DNA from: an uncultured Bacteroidaceae bacterium
Lineage (GTDB): Bacteria > Bacteroidota > Bacteroidia > Bacteroidales > JAADGE01
DNA: 64,000 nucleotides
Assembly (NCBI GenBank): GCA_964472505.1
Contig: CAYYQW010000001.1
Location: 30,701 to 94,700, forward strand
Direction of reading: 5' to 3'
Positions 37,895 through 46,875 of this stretch are shown here, one piece after another. The notes under the pieces were generated by a model. It was not told the origin of the DNA and did no database searches. It saw only the letters and a list, made by a program, of their open reading frames with translations. Position numbers and translations under genes: made by a program. Positions within the stretch are counted from its first letter, which is position 1. Every line of letters begins with the position of its first letter.

Positions 37895-38971
37895 TTATAT
37901 ATCTCTTCCATAATCTTTTATAATTTCTCGGATAATCAGCTCTGATGAATTGCCCTGTCCATATAATTTTTTATCAAATATGATTTTATTCTTTTTAATA
38001 TCTTCATAGGCAAGCATAATTTTCTCTCTGTCGGCGCCAACTAAAATATTGTACTTACTGTCAACAAGCTCAGTCCATTCGGTTTCATCGCGCATTGTAA
38101 CACATGGCTTTTCAAAAAAGAAAGCTTCTTTTTGCATTCCTCCGCTGTCCGTAAATACAGCATCAGAATTTTTTAGTAAAAATAGTATTTGCAAATAACC
38201 AACCGGTTCGATAACTGTAATATTTCCGATTGGTATTTTCTTGTTTTCAATGATTTTTTTTGTGCGAGGATGTAGCGGAAGAATGACGCTTTTATCCTTT
38301 GCTATTCGATTAAGGGCGTCAAATATTTGTTCTAACCTGTCCTCACTATCTGTATTCTCTGCACGATGAACTGTGGCAAGAATATAGTTCTGCGGCATAT
38401 CAATATTCGGCTTTTTAGCCATCTGTCCGTAATACAAAGCAGAATCGAACATTACATCACCCACATTCAAATATTTAGTTTTAAAAGTTGCAAAACCCTC
38501 CTTACGCAAGTTCTCGACTGCGGTATCCGTCGGACAAAATAAAATATCACTTATCCTGTCAGTTAATATTCGGTTTATTTCTTCCGGCATATTCATATTG
38601 TACGACCTTAAACCGGCTTCTATATGCAGCAATTTTATATTCATTTTTTTTGCAGCTAAAGCTCCGGCTAAAGTAGAATTTGTATCACCATAAACAATAA
38701 CATAATCCGGTTTTTCATCCATCAATATTTTTTCAGTTTTCTCAAGTATCTTGCCTGTCATAGCCCCGTGAGAAAGATTATTGACATTCAAATTGTATTT
38801 GGGCTTAGGAATTTTCATTTCATCAAAGAAAACTTCACTCATATTCTGATCAAAGTGCTGCCCTGTATGAATGATGGTCTCAGAAATATTTTCATACTTA
38901 ATAAGTTCTCTGCTTATTGCTGCAGCTTTAACAAACTGCGGTCTGGCTCCTATTATTGTGATTATTTTCAT
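37895..38971 (-). CDS. wecB: UDP-GlcNAc 2-epimerase, non-hydrolysing (WecB/WbpI-like)
   Basis: GARPQFVK, HTGQHFD, YGDTNST, HIEAGLRS, MPEEINR, TDSGGMQKEA, RDETEW. Confidence 0.92.
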   Translation of the reverse strand: MKIITIIGARPQFVKAAAISRELIKYENISETIIHTGQHFDQNMSEVFFDEMKIPKPKYNLNVNNLSHGAMTGKILEKTEKILMDEKPDYVIVYGDTNSTLAGALAAKKMNIKLLHIEAGLRSYNMNMPEEINRILTDRISDILFCPTDTAVENLRKEGFATFKTKYLNVGDVMFDSALYYGQMAKKPNIDMPQNYILATVHRAENTDSEDRLEQIFDALNRIAKDKSVILPLHPRTKKIIENKKIPIGNITVIEPVGYLQILFLLKNSDAVFTDSGGMQKEAFFFEKPCVTMRDETEWTELVDSKYNILVGADREKIMLAYEDIKKNKIIFDKKLYGQGNSSELIIREIIKDYGRDI

Positions 38972-40119
38972 TCTAAAACTTTTTTATAAACATTTAAAAA
39001 CCGAGTTTCTTCATTTTCCCAATTATACTTTTGCTGTACTGCCTCCTTTCCGTTTCGCCCCATTTCATAGCATAATTCAGGATCTCCTGCTAAATTGTTT
39101 ATTACTTTTCCAATTTCCGAGGCAGAAGACGGATCAACACAAATACCGCATTTGTTGTTCTCAATGATTTGTTTCCACAAAGGAAAATTGGAAGCAATTA
39201 CAGGTATTCCGGCAGCCATATACTCGAATAGCTTGTTAGGCTGCGCATTAATGTGGTTTGGTTCAGGCATAAAAGTAACACAACCGGCAATTGATTTATT
39301 TAACTCAATATTCATTTGCTCTCGATTCATATAGCCAAGATACTTAACCTTTTCCCACCCTGCAAGTTTTTTACATTTTTCATACAAAGCATCATCTTCA
39401 AAATTGCCGCCTAAAACCAGCTGAACATTAGTATTATCTAGCGATTCGATCAAGGACAGTATCCCGCGTATGCGTGATATAGCACCAACATAAATAATTT
39501 GCTTCTCTTTTTCGGCCGATGATGATTTATCCGAAACAAATTCACTTCGAAACGGATAATTATTTATGCTCTCAGCTGCCGAATTTATTTTTAAAAAACG
39601 TTGTTTGATAAAATCCGTTGCAGTTACAATAAAATCCAATTTTTTAACTTTATTATCCTCGTAATATTCAGTAAGAAAAGCCAGTAATGATCTTAAATAT
39701 TTTGGGATATAATGCTTACTCTTTAGCTGTCTGGGAAGATCTTCGTGGGCATCATAAATTACTTTTTTCCCTTTCTTTTTAAGTTTAACAGCAATGCGCA
39801 ATAATTCCGGATCGTGAATATGGTACACCTCGGCATCCAGAGATAAAGCCTTTTTATATACTTTATTTACGGAATATATCATGCGCTTTATTCTGTTTTT
39901 TTCACGTCCGACATCCAAAATAGTAATATTATCAGCTACTTCATCTCCAAGCGAATCCGCTACGATAAGGTAAACATCAAACCCGGCTGCAAGTAAGCTT
40001 TTACACTCCTTTTGAAAAATTCGGGTGTCATAGCGATTATGAACGGATGTAAGATGTACTGCTTTCATGGTTTCTAAATTATTTGACAGAATGATATTAA
40101 GAATACGATTGGTTCGCAT
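38968..40119 (-). CDS. GT4 glycosyltransferase
   Basis: HLTSVH...DTRIF.KE, HIHDPEL, YDAHED, PNKLFEYMAAGIPVIASNF. Confidence 0.9.
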   Translation of the reverse strand: MRTNRILNIILSNNLETMKAVHLTSVHNRYDTRIFQKECKSLLAAGFDVYLIVADSLGDEVADNITILDVGREKNRIKRMIYSVNKVYKKALSLDAEVYHIHDPELLRIAVKLKKKGKKVIYDAHEDLPRQLKSKHYIPKYLRSLLAFLTEYYEDNKVKKLDFIVTATDFIKQRFLKINSAAESINNYPFRSEFVSDKSSSAEKEKQIIYVGAISRIRGILSLIESLDNTNVQLVLGGNFEDDALYEKCKKLAGWEKVKYLGYMNREQMNIELNKSIAGCVTFMPEPNHINAQPNKLFEYMAAGIPVIASNFPLWKQIIENNKCGICVDPSSASEIGKVINNLAGDPELCYEMGRNGKEAVQQKYNWENEETRFLNVYKKVLE

Positions 40120-41401
40120 TGTATGTATTTTGTAAAAATATATATGAAAATATTATTAACAAAAATACCCCGTGTGTTAAAAGACTGGTAAATAAGGCGC
40201 TACTGAGAAAAGTAAACATCGTTATTATAAATACCCCGTTGTACTCAGGACTGATTTTAAAAGAATCAATAAGCTTTATTATTCCTGCCACAATAACTGA
40301 AAAGAACACCGGCCCTATATGCCCCAGGTGCATAAAGCCGTCGGAGATAAAGCCGTTGTTGGCACTCACCTGGGGTTTCCCCCAATATATCGAAGCAATA
40401 AGGTTCGAAGGTTGTAAAGAATAGGAATAGTCCACATAATCACTTAAAAAACTATTACCGAAAAACACCGGCTTGCCGGCAAAAAAGTCAAAATATGACT
40501 CATTTAAAATTGCAGGAATGAAGAATACACGCCGCACAAAAGTACCTTCAATATTCAGGTATTCGTAATACTCAGTTGTAAAACGGCTTGCAATAATTAC
40601 AAAAATAATACCGCTGAAAATTGTCGCAACCTGTGCTCCCGGTTTTTTAATTATATAGAGCATTACAGCCACTATGGGGGCAAATAAAATAACTTTATGC
40701 GACATGGTCACAAATAAATACAACAAAAAAAACAGGGCGCCCCAATAAGCAATTTTTCTGTTTTTTTTAAACCCAAACAACAGCAGGGCGGGTAATATTA
40801 TCTTCACTAACCAGCTCATGGTATAACGGATATAGCTTCCGGCTAAATCTTTAGCTTCAGCTCGCTGTATATAAACATTCCGGTCAAGAGAAAAAACAGA
40901 AAAATTTACATCCCAACGATATGTCATGAAATACGGAATAAGCATAAGCAAACTTATACCGAAAAGCAATAAAGCTTGGTTTTTGGCTGTTATTTTCAAG
41001 CTATAAGCCTGTCTTAATCGTATTTGACCGACAATAATCAAGAGTAAAATAAAAAAGCTGATATGCAGAATAATGCTAAAGTTAAAGTCCATAAACTGAT
41101 ACAAAATCAAATTCGGAATCAGCATCATCACGATAAAAAACATGGCCGTAAAATAGGTAAAGGGAGTTTTTATTCGGTTAGCCAAAAAGGAAAGAAATAG
41201 GAATATCAATTTCGCAAGAATATACTTCCTCAAATCAAAGTCATAAAAAAATATATGATAGACATCGCTGACAAATACTTTATAGGAGTATTCCAGCAGA
41301 AAGTAAATTGTCAGTATCAATACAAAATTGATGATACGGAAATTGAATCTTTCCAAGAATTTATTTAGCTTTTGAATCATATTTGTAAAAACAAGTGGCA
41401 A
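40097..41401 (-). CDS. Wzy-like O-antigen/capsule polymerase
   Basis: Polytopic membrane protein with about 11 TM and large loops, located between the flippase and a GT. Confidence 0.6.
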   Translation of the reverse strand: MPLVFTNMIQKLNKFLERFNFRIINFVLILTIYFLLEYSYKVFVSDVYHIFFYDFDLRKYILAKLIFLFLSFLANRIKTPFTYFTAMFFIVMMLIPNLILYQFMDFNFSIILHISFFILLLIIVGQIRLRQAYSLKITAKNQALLLFGISLLMLIPYFMTYRWDVNFSVFSLDRNVYIQRAEAKDLAGSYIRYTMSWLVKIILPALLLFGFKKNRKIAYWGALFFLLYLFVTMSHKVILFAPIVAVMLYIIKKPGAQVATIFSGIIFVIIASRFTTEYYEYLNIEGTFVRRVFFIPAILNESYFDFFAGKPVFFGNSFLSDYVDYSYSLQPSNLIASIYWGKPQVSANNGFISDGFMHLGHIGPVFFSVIVAGIIKLIDSFKISPEYNGVFIITMFTFLSSALFTSLLTHGVFLLIIFSYIFLQNTYNANQSYS

Positions 41402-41499
41402 AAATAAAAAAATTAGCTCTCTAAAAAAATGATTTTATTATACAGTTCCCCGGCAAAATTATCAAGAATGGCTTATTATCCGAACCGGCCCATAAATAA

Positions 41500-42870
41500 T
41501 TACAGCTCAAGAAAACGAAGAAATCCAAATCGGATTAAAAAAAGAATAATTGTAGCAAACGCTAAACGTAAAAGCGTGTATCTAAGCACATACCACACAT
41601 CTACTTTCACTATATTGAGCAAATACACAGCTACCCCGCCCCACATCAAAGCACCCGCCACTCCGAAAAGCAAAACAGCAGTTTGTTCGTCTTCGAACCA
41701 AAGGCCGCCAACAAGAAGAGCCGATAGGCGTAATCCAAAAAGCAGTCCGTAAAAAACCATTGACTCGGCTTGCCGCTCAAGAACACTGAAAAGCATGGCC
41801 AAAGGCGATGCTATGAAAACAAATAATATTGCCGGGCTCAGAAATTGCGTAAAACGTCCGGCAGTCTGCCATTCAGCTCCGAAAACAAAGGGGAAAATAT
41901 AATCGGCAAAAGCCATTAGTATCATCATGGGAACAAAACCTATGAGAAACATCTTTTTATACAGTTCAAGCGTAATATGCCTGAGTTTTTCGGGATTATC
42001 TTTTTGCGCGGCGGCATTACGAAAAAAGACCTGTCCCACGGCGTGTCCCAAAACCATAGCCGGTACGCTGAGAACGCGCATCGACAAGGAATAATAGCCC
42101 ACAATGGCTTCGGCAAAGAAAACGGAAAGCATAAATACGGGAATCTGCAACGAAAGAATATTAAGAAAAGCCGAACCGGTTGAAAACATGGGAAAACGCT
42201 TGTAACGAACTGCGTTCAAGCACATTCTCGAAAAAGAAAAACGTTTTATAAAATGAAAATCCTGCCGGAAAACTTTTGTAATGAAAATTGACACCATAAG
42301 TAACCACCCGAGCAAATACCCGAACACCAGACCTCCGGCTCCTTTAGCAAAAGCTATCCAAGACAAATTAATGCCTCCGACTGTAATGCCGCGCGCCACA
42401 TTAGCACGAGCAATTCCGCCGTACTGTTTTTTTCGGTTAAACCAATAATTTAATGCTTTGTAAGAGCCAACAATAGTAATTCCGGGCGGTACGGCATAAA
42501 TCCAGTATTTGAGCCGTTCGCTGCCTAAAATTTTCACAACCCAATCTCCAAAAAAGTAAGCCGCAACAAAAAATAAAGTGCCCACCGAAACTGCTGTCAG
42601 CAAAGATAAAACCAAAACATGAAAGGCATCTTTCCTATGTTTCGGGAGCATTACTGCCAAATCATATTGGCCGGTTGCCAAAACGGCAAAAACATTTACA
42701 AGCGATGTATAAAGGGCATACAAGCCAAAATCTTCCGGACTGTAGAAACGCGACAAAATGGGCGATATAAGCACCGGTATGGCTTGCGCAATAACGGTTC
42801 CGGTCATTAGCTTTGACACGTTTTTTACAAATTCGGATTTGACGTACTTTTGAATCAGCTTCTGTATCAT
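41500..42870 (-). CDS. Wzx oligosaccharide flippase
   Basis: GTVIAQAI...PILSRFYSPEDFG, VG.YSL..RVL..P...LG.AVGQVF, AEWQTAG. Confidence 0.88.
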   Translation of the reverse strand: MIQKLIQKYVKSEFVKNVSKLMTGTVIAQAIPVLISPILSRFYSPEDFGLYALYTSLVNVFAVLATGQYDLAVMLPKHRKDAFHVLVLSLLTAVSVGTLFFVAAYFFGDWVVKILGSERLKYWIYAVPPGITIVGSYKALNYWFNRKKQYGGIARANVARGITVGGINLSWIAFAKGAGGLVFGYLLGWLLMVSIFITKVFRQDFHFIKRFSFSRMCLNAVRYKRFPMFSTGSAFLNILSLQIPVFMLSVFFAEAIVGYYSLSMRVLSVPAMVLGHAVGQVFFRNAAAQKDNPEKLRHITLELYKKMFLIGFVPMMILMAFADYIFPFVFGAEWQTAGRFTQFLSPAILFVFIASPLAMLFSVLERQAESMVFYGLLFGLRLSALLVGGLWFEDEQTAVLLFGVAGALMWGGVAVYLLNIVKVDVWYVLRYTLLRLAFATIILFLIRFGFLRFLEL

Positions 42871-42970
42871 ACAATAGTTAGGACAGGATAAATTTCATCA
42901 AAATTATAATAAAATTGATAAAAATATGAAACTTTTTAAAAATTCTACTGCAATATTGTGTTCTGTTTGC

Positions 42971-44326
42971 CTAATCCCGGCAAGAACAAACAATATCAAT
43001 TATTTTTTCATAGTATAATGCATATTCATCCCACAAGGGAGAATTGATATTATTGTTATGCCACAACAATACAAAATTTCCGCCGTACTTTTGAATTTTT
43101 TTGTAAAGTCGCTTTATTTCCGGGAGTGCGCTTTTGGGATTTGGGTATTGTTCTCGCAGCGCTACATCCATAACTATTAAAGGGCGTTCACGCAAAGCTA
43201 ATTGGCGGCGCTCTATAATGTCAAAAAGCGGAAACTCTCGAGCTGTTCCCGCTCTGAAACCAAGTCTGTGCCTAAACCCCAAAGTACTGTCTGTCTGTAA
43301 AGCTTTTTTATCCCAAATACGCCATGTAACCGGATTGTGAAAACGCAAGAAATGTTGTCTTCCCTCACTGACCGGCTTTCGAGTGTAAGCATTAATACGT
43401 GCCAACTCCAAAGCAAATTGTTTTTCATTTTTATGAGAACTGTAAGAGCCGTGTATCCCTATAATGTGATCTTGCGCTTCAAGTTCCTTAATAAGCGTTT
43501 TAGTTTTCGAGCTGCTTATTGAATATTTTACATCTTTTTCGCCCGGCTCGCCGGCTATAAAGTAAAAATGTGATTTCATACCGTACTTTTCCGAAACATC
43601 GGCCAGATAATCGTAGGTATCATAAGGGTCTGCGGCTTTTCCGCCAAGCAAAGCCGTGTATTCCCCCACAGTTTTAAAAAGCTGATTAAAACTACGGCGT
43701 TTCAAAAGATCGCCCCCGGCCTTCTTTATAAAACTAAAAAAACCGGAATATTTATATAAAAAATCAACATCATGCGTAATAACAGCTTGGTAAGTGTTTT
43801 CATTAATATTTTCAATTCCGGCGGATTGTAATAGTTTTTTTAAAAACATAAAATATTCATCGGCCACCGGGCGATTACTAATGCTGTTTTTTACTGCAAA
43901 CAGCATGTTTTCCGGAGTTCGTCCGTGAATATCTTTCTCCTCGATCACATACTCTTCCCAGCGGCTCAGCATAAAAAAAGCAGAAGCAAAAATATCGAGG
44001 CCACATTCAATTATATTGTTACGCTCTGAAAAATAATTATTTCCGAAGATTATGGGCAATCGGTTCTCGAAAGTATAAGGATTGGGATCCAAAAACTTTA
44101 GTGTTTGAGGCAAAGCATTTTTCTGCAAATACGATTGTTCGCTTTTAATATTACCAAAGAAGGCATCGTGAAAAATTATTTTTCTCCCGCTTTCAAAATG
44201 TATCTCATAATTATCAACGGCTGCTTGCTGAAAAGTATAGTCAAGCCCTGCAAATTCGGAAAAAAGAATATCAGCGGCATATTTCTTTTCTTCATAAAAT
44301 CCGACGGGCACAAGCAGTTTAATCAT
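42971..44326 (-). CDS. Polysaccharide deacetylase family protein with N-terminal extension
   Basis: FFMLSRWEE, ITHDVD, IGIHGSY, GRQHFLRF, DSTLGF, PLIVMD, LLWHN. Confidence 0.8.
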   Translation of the reverse strand: MIKLLVPVGFYEEKKYAADILFSEFAGLDYTFQQAAVDNYEIHFESGRKIIFHDAFFGNIKSEQSYLQKNALPQTLKFLDPNPYTFENRLPIIFGNNYFSERNNIIECGLDIFASAFFMLSRWEEYVIEEKDIHGRTPENMLFAVKNSISNRPVADEYFMFLKKLLQSAGIENINENTYQAVITHDVDFLYKYSGFFSFIKKAGGDLLKRRSFNQLFKTVGEYTALLGGKAADPYDTYDYLADVSEKYGMKSHFYFIAGEPGEKDVKYSISSSKTKTLIKELEAQDHIIGIHGSYSSHKNEKQFALELARINAYTRKPVSEGRQHFLRFHNPVTWRIWDKKALQTDSTLGFRHRLGFRAGTAREFPLFDIIERRQLALRERPLIVMDVALREQYPNPKSALPEIKRLYKKIQKYGGNFVLLWHNNNINSPLWDEYALYYEKIIDIVCSCRD

Positions 44327-45258
44327 TAAATCTGTTTATTAGACTTAGAGGCTTCCACAAAACGTTTGTATTCCATAATATTATCAAAACGTTCTATGGT
44401 TTTATGAGCCGCTTTAAGCGAAGGCGGCGATACAAATATACCATTATAAATAACGATGCCTTTGTTTTCTTCGGCTGCCTCTTTGGACAGTCGAACAATT
44501 TCTCTTGCTTTTTCCACTTTATCTTCGTCGGGCGTATAGCCGGCATTGGCAATGGGTAACTCGCGCGGAGACATGATCAACATGCCTTCAAAACCCATAA
44601 CATTGGCTTGTCGAATATGCTTTTTCAATCCTTCAAAATCGCCTACCTTAACATACGGCGTATCAATGGCCAACAAATCGTGCGCTTTGGCTGTCATGGA
44701 AACAATGTGACGCGGCACGGCAATTCCCTGCGCATCTTCACCGTGTTGGCCTTCTTGCTCTGCCAGAAAGTCTTCGCTTCCGAAAAGCAATCCGATGATA
44801 CGATCCGAAGCCGTGGCTATTTCATTTAAGCGCACAATACTTTCGGGTGTTTCAATTAAAGCTATTATGTCAAAATAACCTTGGGGCAGGCCCAAAAGTT
44901 TTTCTTTAAGCGAAAGCTGCGCATCAAAAGCAATCATATCACGTGCAGTGCGAGCCATAGGATATACAAATCCGTTGAGATTGGGGCTTACTACTGCATC
45001 CGTATCTAATAAAGTCATACCGCTTTCCAAAGGGTTGATTCTTACATAGACCGGACGGTCATCGGGAAGTTCATGAGAAAGAAAATCTCTGAGTGTTTCG
45101 CGGGCTTCCTCTTTTTTATCATCCGGAACGGCATCTTCCAAATCAAAGACAATCGCATCAGCCTCGGTTTGAAATGATTTATTAATATATTTTTTATTAT
45201 GTCCTGCCGTAAAGAGGAGTGAACGGTGAACAAGTTTTCCGGTAAATTTTGTTTTCAT
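44326..45258 (-). CDS. CitE-like acyl-CoA lyase (HpcH/HpaI aldolase/citrate lyase family)
   Basis: RSLLF, DLEDAV, VRIN, LIETP, GSEDF, AIDTPY; TAATG overlap with the deacetylase. Confidence 0.88.
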   Translation of the reverse strand: MKTKFTGKLVHRSLLFTAGHNKKYINKSFQTEADAIVFDLEDAVPDDKKEEARETLRDFLSHELPDDRPVYVRINPLESGMTLLDTDAVVSPNLNGFVYPMARTARDMIAFDAQLSLKEKLLGLPQGYFDIIALIETPESIVRLNEIATASDRIIGLLFGSEDFLAEQEGQHGEDAQGIAVPRHIVSMTAKAHDLLAIDTPYVKVGDFEGLKKHIRQANVMGFEGMLIMSPRELPIANAGYTPDEDKVEKAREIVRLSKEAAEENKGIVIYNGIFVSPPSLKAAHKTIERFDNIMEYKRFVEASKSNKQI

Positions 45259-45415
45259 CTGCTTATTTTTAATTTTTTGAATTAGCCATTTTATTAATAT
45301 TCACATTATCTTGATTCACAGGCTTTACAAAAGCTATAATTTGCAAAAAATGTTTCTTCGATTAAGAATGCCGGCTACAAAATATGATTTTTTCTCGCAT
45401 TTATATTCTATCAAT

Positions 45416-45462
45416 CCCCCTGCCCTTCCGAAATAATCGGAACAGGCACTTCTCCAAGGGGG
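45416..45462. repeat. Nested GC-rich palindrome (REP-like)
   Basis: CCCCCT/AGGGGG outer stem, GCC/GGC, inner TTCCGA-AATAA-TCGGAA. Confidence 0.6.
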
Positions 45463-45572
45463 AATGCGTAAAATGCCGGTGTGCTGTAATTTTAAAATTT
45501 GTCGTACTCATACGCCTAATTCAATTAATTTTTTTCAAATATAAAAACTTATTCCAAAATCATGGCCTAACG

Positions 45573-45592
45573 AATCAGGCCAAAATAATATT
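45573..45592 (-). terminator. Possible maoC terminator
   Basis: TGGCCT/AGGCCA stem 17 nt past the stop. Confidence 0.4.
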
Positions 45593-45609
45593 TCTATGAA
45601 CTTGATGAA

Positions 45610-46068
45610 TCATTTTAAAGGCACAAGCACTTTCCGAGAAAAGGACAATATCTTTTCATTGTTTTGGTTAAAAGCTGTGGTTTTCACCTGCACAATGCCT
45701 CGGTCAGGTTTGGATTTGGACTGCCTTTTGTCCAGTACTTCAGTTTCGGCTGTTAGAGTATCTCCGATGAATACGGGCCCAAGATGTTTAACATCATCAT
45801 AACCCAAATTTGCCACGGCTTTTCCGCTGACATCAGCCACTGAAATTCCTACTGTCACTGAAAAAACCAAAGTACCCACTACCAATATTTTTCCGTGCTG
45901 TGCATCTTGTGCGTACTTATGATTCAAATGCACCGGATGATGATTCATGGTCAGTAAGGAAAATAAATTGTTGTCTGATTCCGTTATAGTTTTGCTTAAG
46001 CTGTGACGGTAAATATCACCGATTTCAAATTCCTGAAAATATCGGCCGAATGGAAATGCTAAGTTCAT
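45610..46068 (-). CDS. MaoC-family dehydratase/hydratase
   Basis: GRYFQEFEIG, TITESDN, TMNHHPVHLN, NLGYDDV..LGPVFIGDTL; ATG at 46068 preferred. Confidence 0.9.
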   Translation of the reverse strand: MNLAFPFGRYFQEFEIGDIYRHSLSKTITESDNNLFSLLTMNHHPVHLNHKYAQDAQHGKILVVGTLVFSVTVGISVADVSGKAVANLGYDDVKHLGPVFIGDTLTAETEVLDKRQSKSKPDRGIVQVKTTAFNQNNEKILSFSRKVLVPLK

Positions 46069-46335
46069 AAAAAGTAAATTTTTAGAAAAGCCAAAGTAAG
46101 ATAAAAAACAAATATCTGCAAAATCCAGCATTATGAAAATTAAAAACCGTATATTGACCTTTGGATGTTATGTGGATTTTACCTGTCGGATTATTTGGAG
46201 TACTTTAAAAACAGACAGTTATTAAATATTAACTTATTCATATATAAATAAGGTGTAAAATAGGACAAAATGCATTTTTTTAAAAATCTTTATAAAAAAA
46301 ACAGCTAACTCTTTTATTAATAAAAAGAAAAGATA

Positions 46336-46343
46336 TATATTTG
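46336..46343 (+). promoter_or_regulatory. -7 promoter element for hup
   Basis: TATATTTG matches TAnnTTTG. Confidence 0.6.
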
Positions 46344-46392
46344 CCACCCGCAAACAGAAAAACTATTTATTTAAAATATAAACATTTTAAAA

Positions 46393-46677
46393 ATGACTAA
46401 AGCAGATCTTGTAAACGAAATTTCAAAAAAGACAGGTATTGAAAAAGTATCGGTTCAAAAAACTATTGAATCTTTTATGGACAGCGTAAAAGAATCATTG
46501 GTAAGCAATGAGAATGTATATTTAAGAGGTTTTGGCAGTTTTGTTACAAAAAAACGAGCAGAAAAAACAGCCAGAAACATTTCAAAAAATACAACCATTA
46601 TTATACCGGAGCATTACATTCCTTCTTTCAAACCCTCAAAAAGCTTTGTAAACAAAGTGAAAGAAAACGTAAAGTAA
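46393..46677 (+). CDS. hup: DNA-binding protein HU
   Basis: MTKADLV, VYLRGFGSF, RNISKN...PSFKP. Confidence 0.93.
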   Translation: MTKADLVNEISKKTGIEKVSVQKTIESFMDSVKESLVSNENVYLRGFGSFVTKKRAEKTARNISKNTTIIIPEHYIPSFKPSKSFVNKVKENVK

Positions 46678-46725
46678 TCAGATTAGAATAAAAAAAATAA
46701 CAAATACAAAAAACATATATAAGAT

Positions 46726-46818
46726 ATGGCAAGCGGAAAAAAGAAAAAAAGAAAAAAAATGTCAACTCATAAACGTAAAAAGCGTTTGAGAAAAAACAGA
46801 CATAAAAGTAAGAAATAA
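46726..46818 (+). CDS. 30-aa basic protein, bS22/mS38-like small ribosomal protein
   Basis: Manual translation MASGKKKKRKKMSTHKRKKRLRKNRHKSKK; followed by a hairpin terminator. Confidence 0.8.
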   Translation: MASGKKKKRKKMSTHKRKKRLRKNRHKSKK

Positions 46819-46832
46819 ACGGAAAAATTAAT

Positions 46833-46860
46833 AAAAAAGAGCCAAACCGGCTCTTTTTTT
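46833..46860 (+). terminator. Terminator after hup and the bS22-like gene
   Basis: AAAAAAGAGCC/GGCTCTTTTTT. Confidence 0.75.
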
Positions 46861-46875
46861 GAAGCATACGACATT

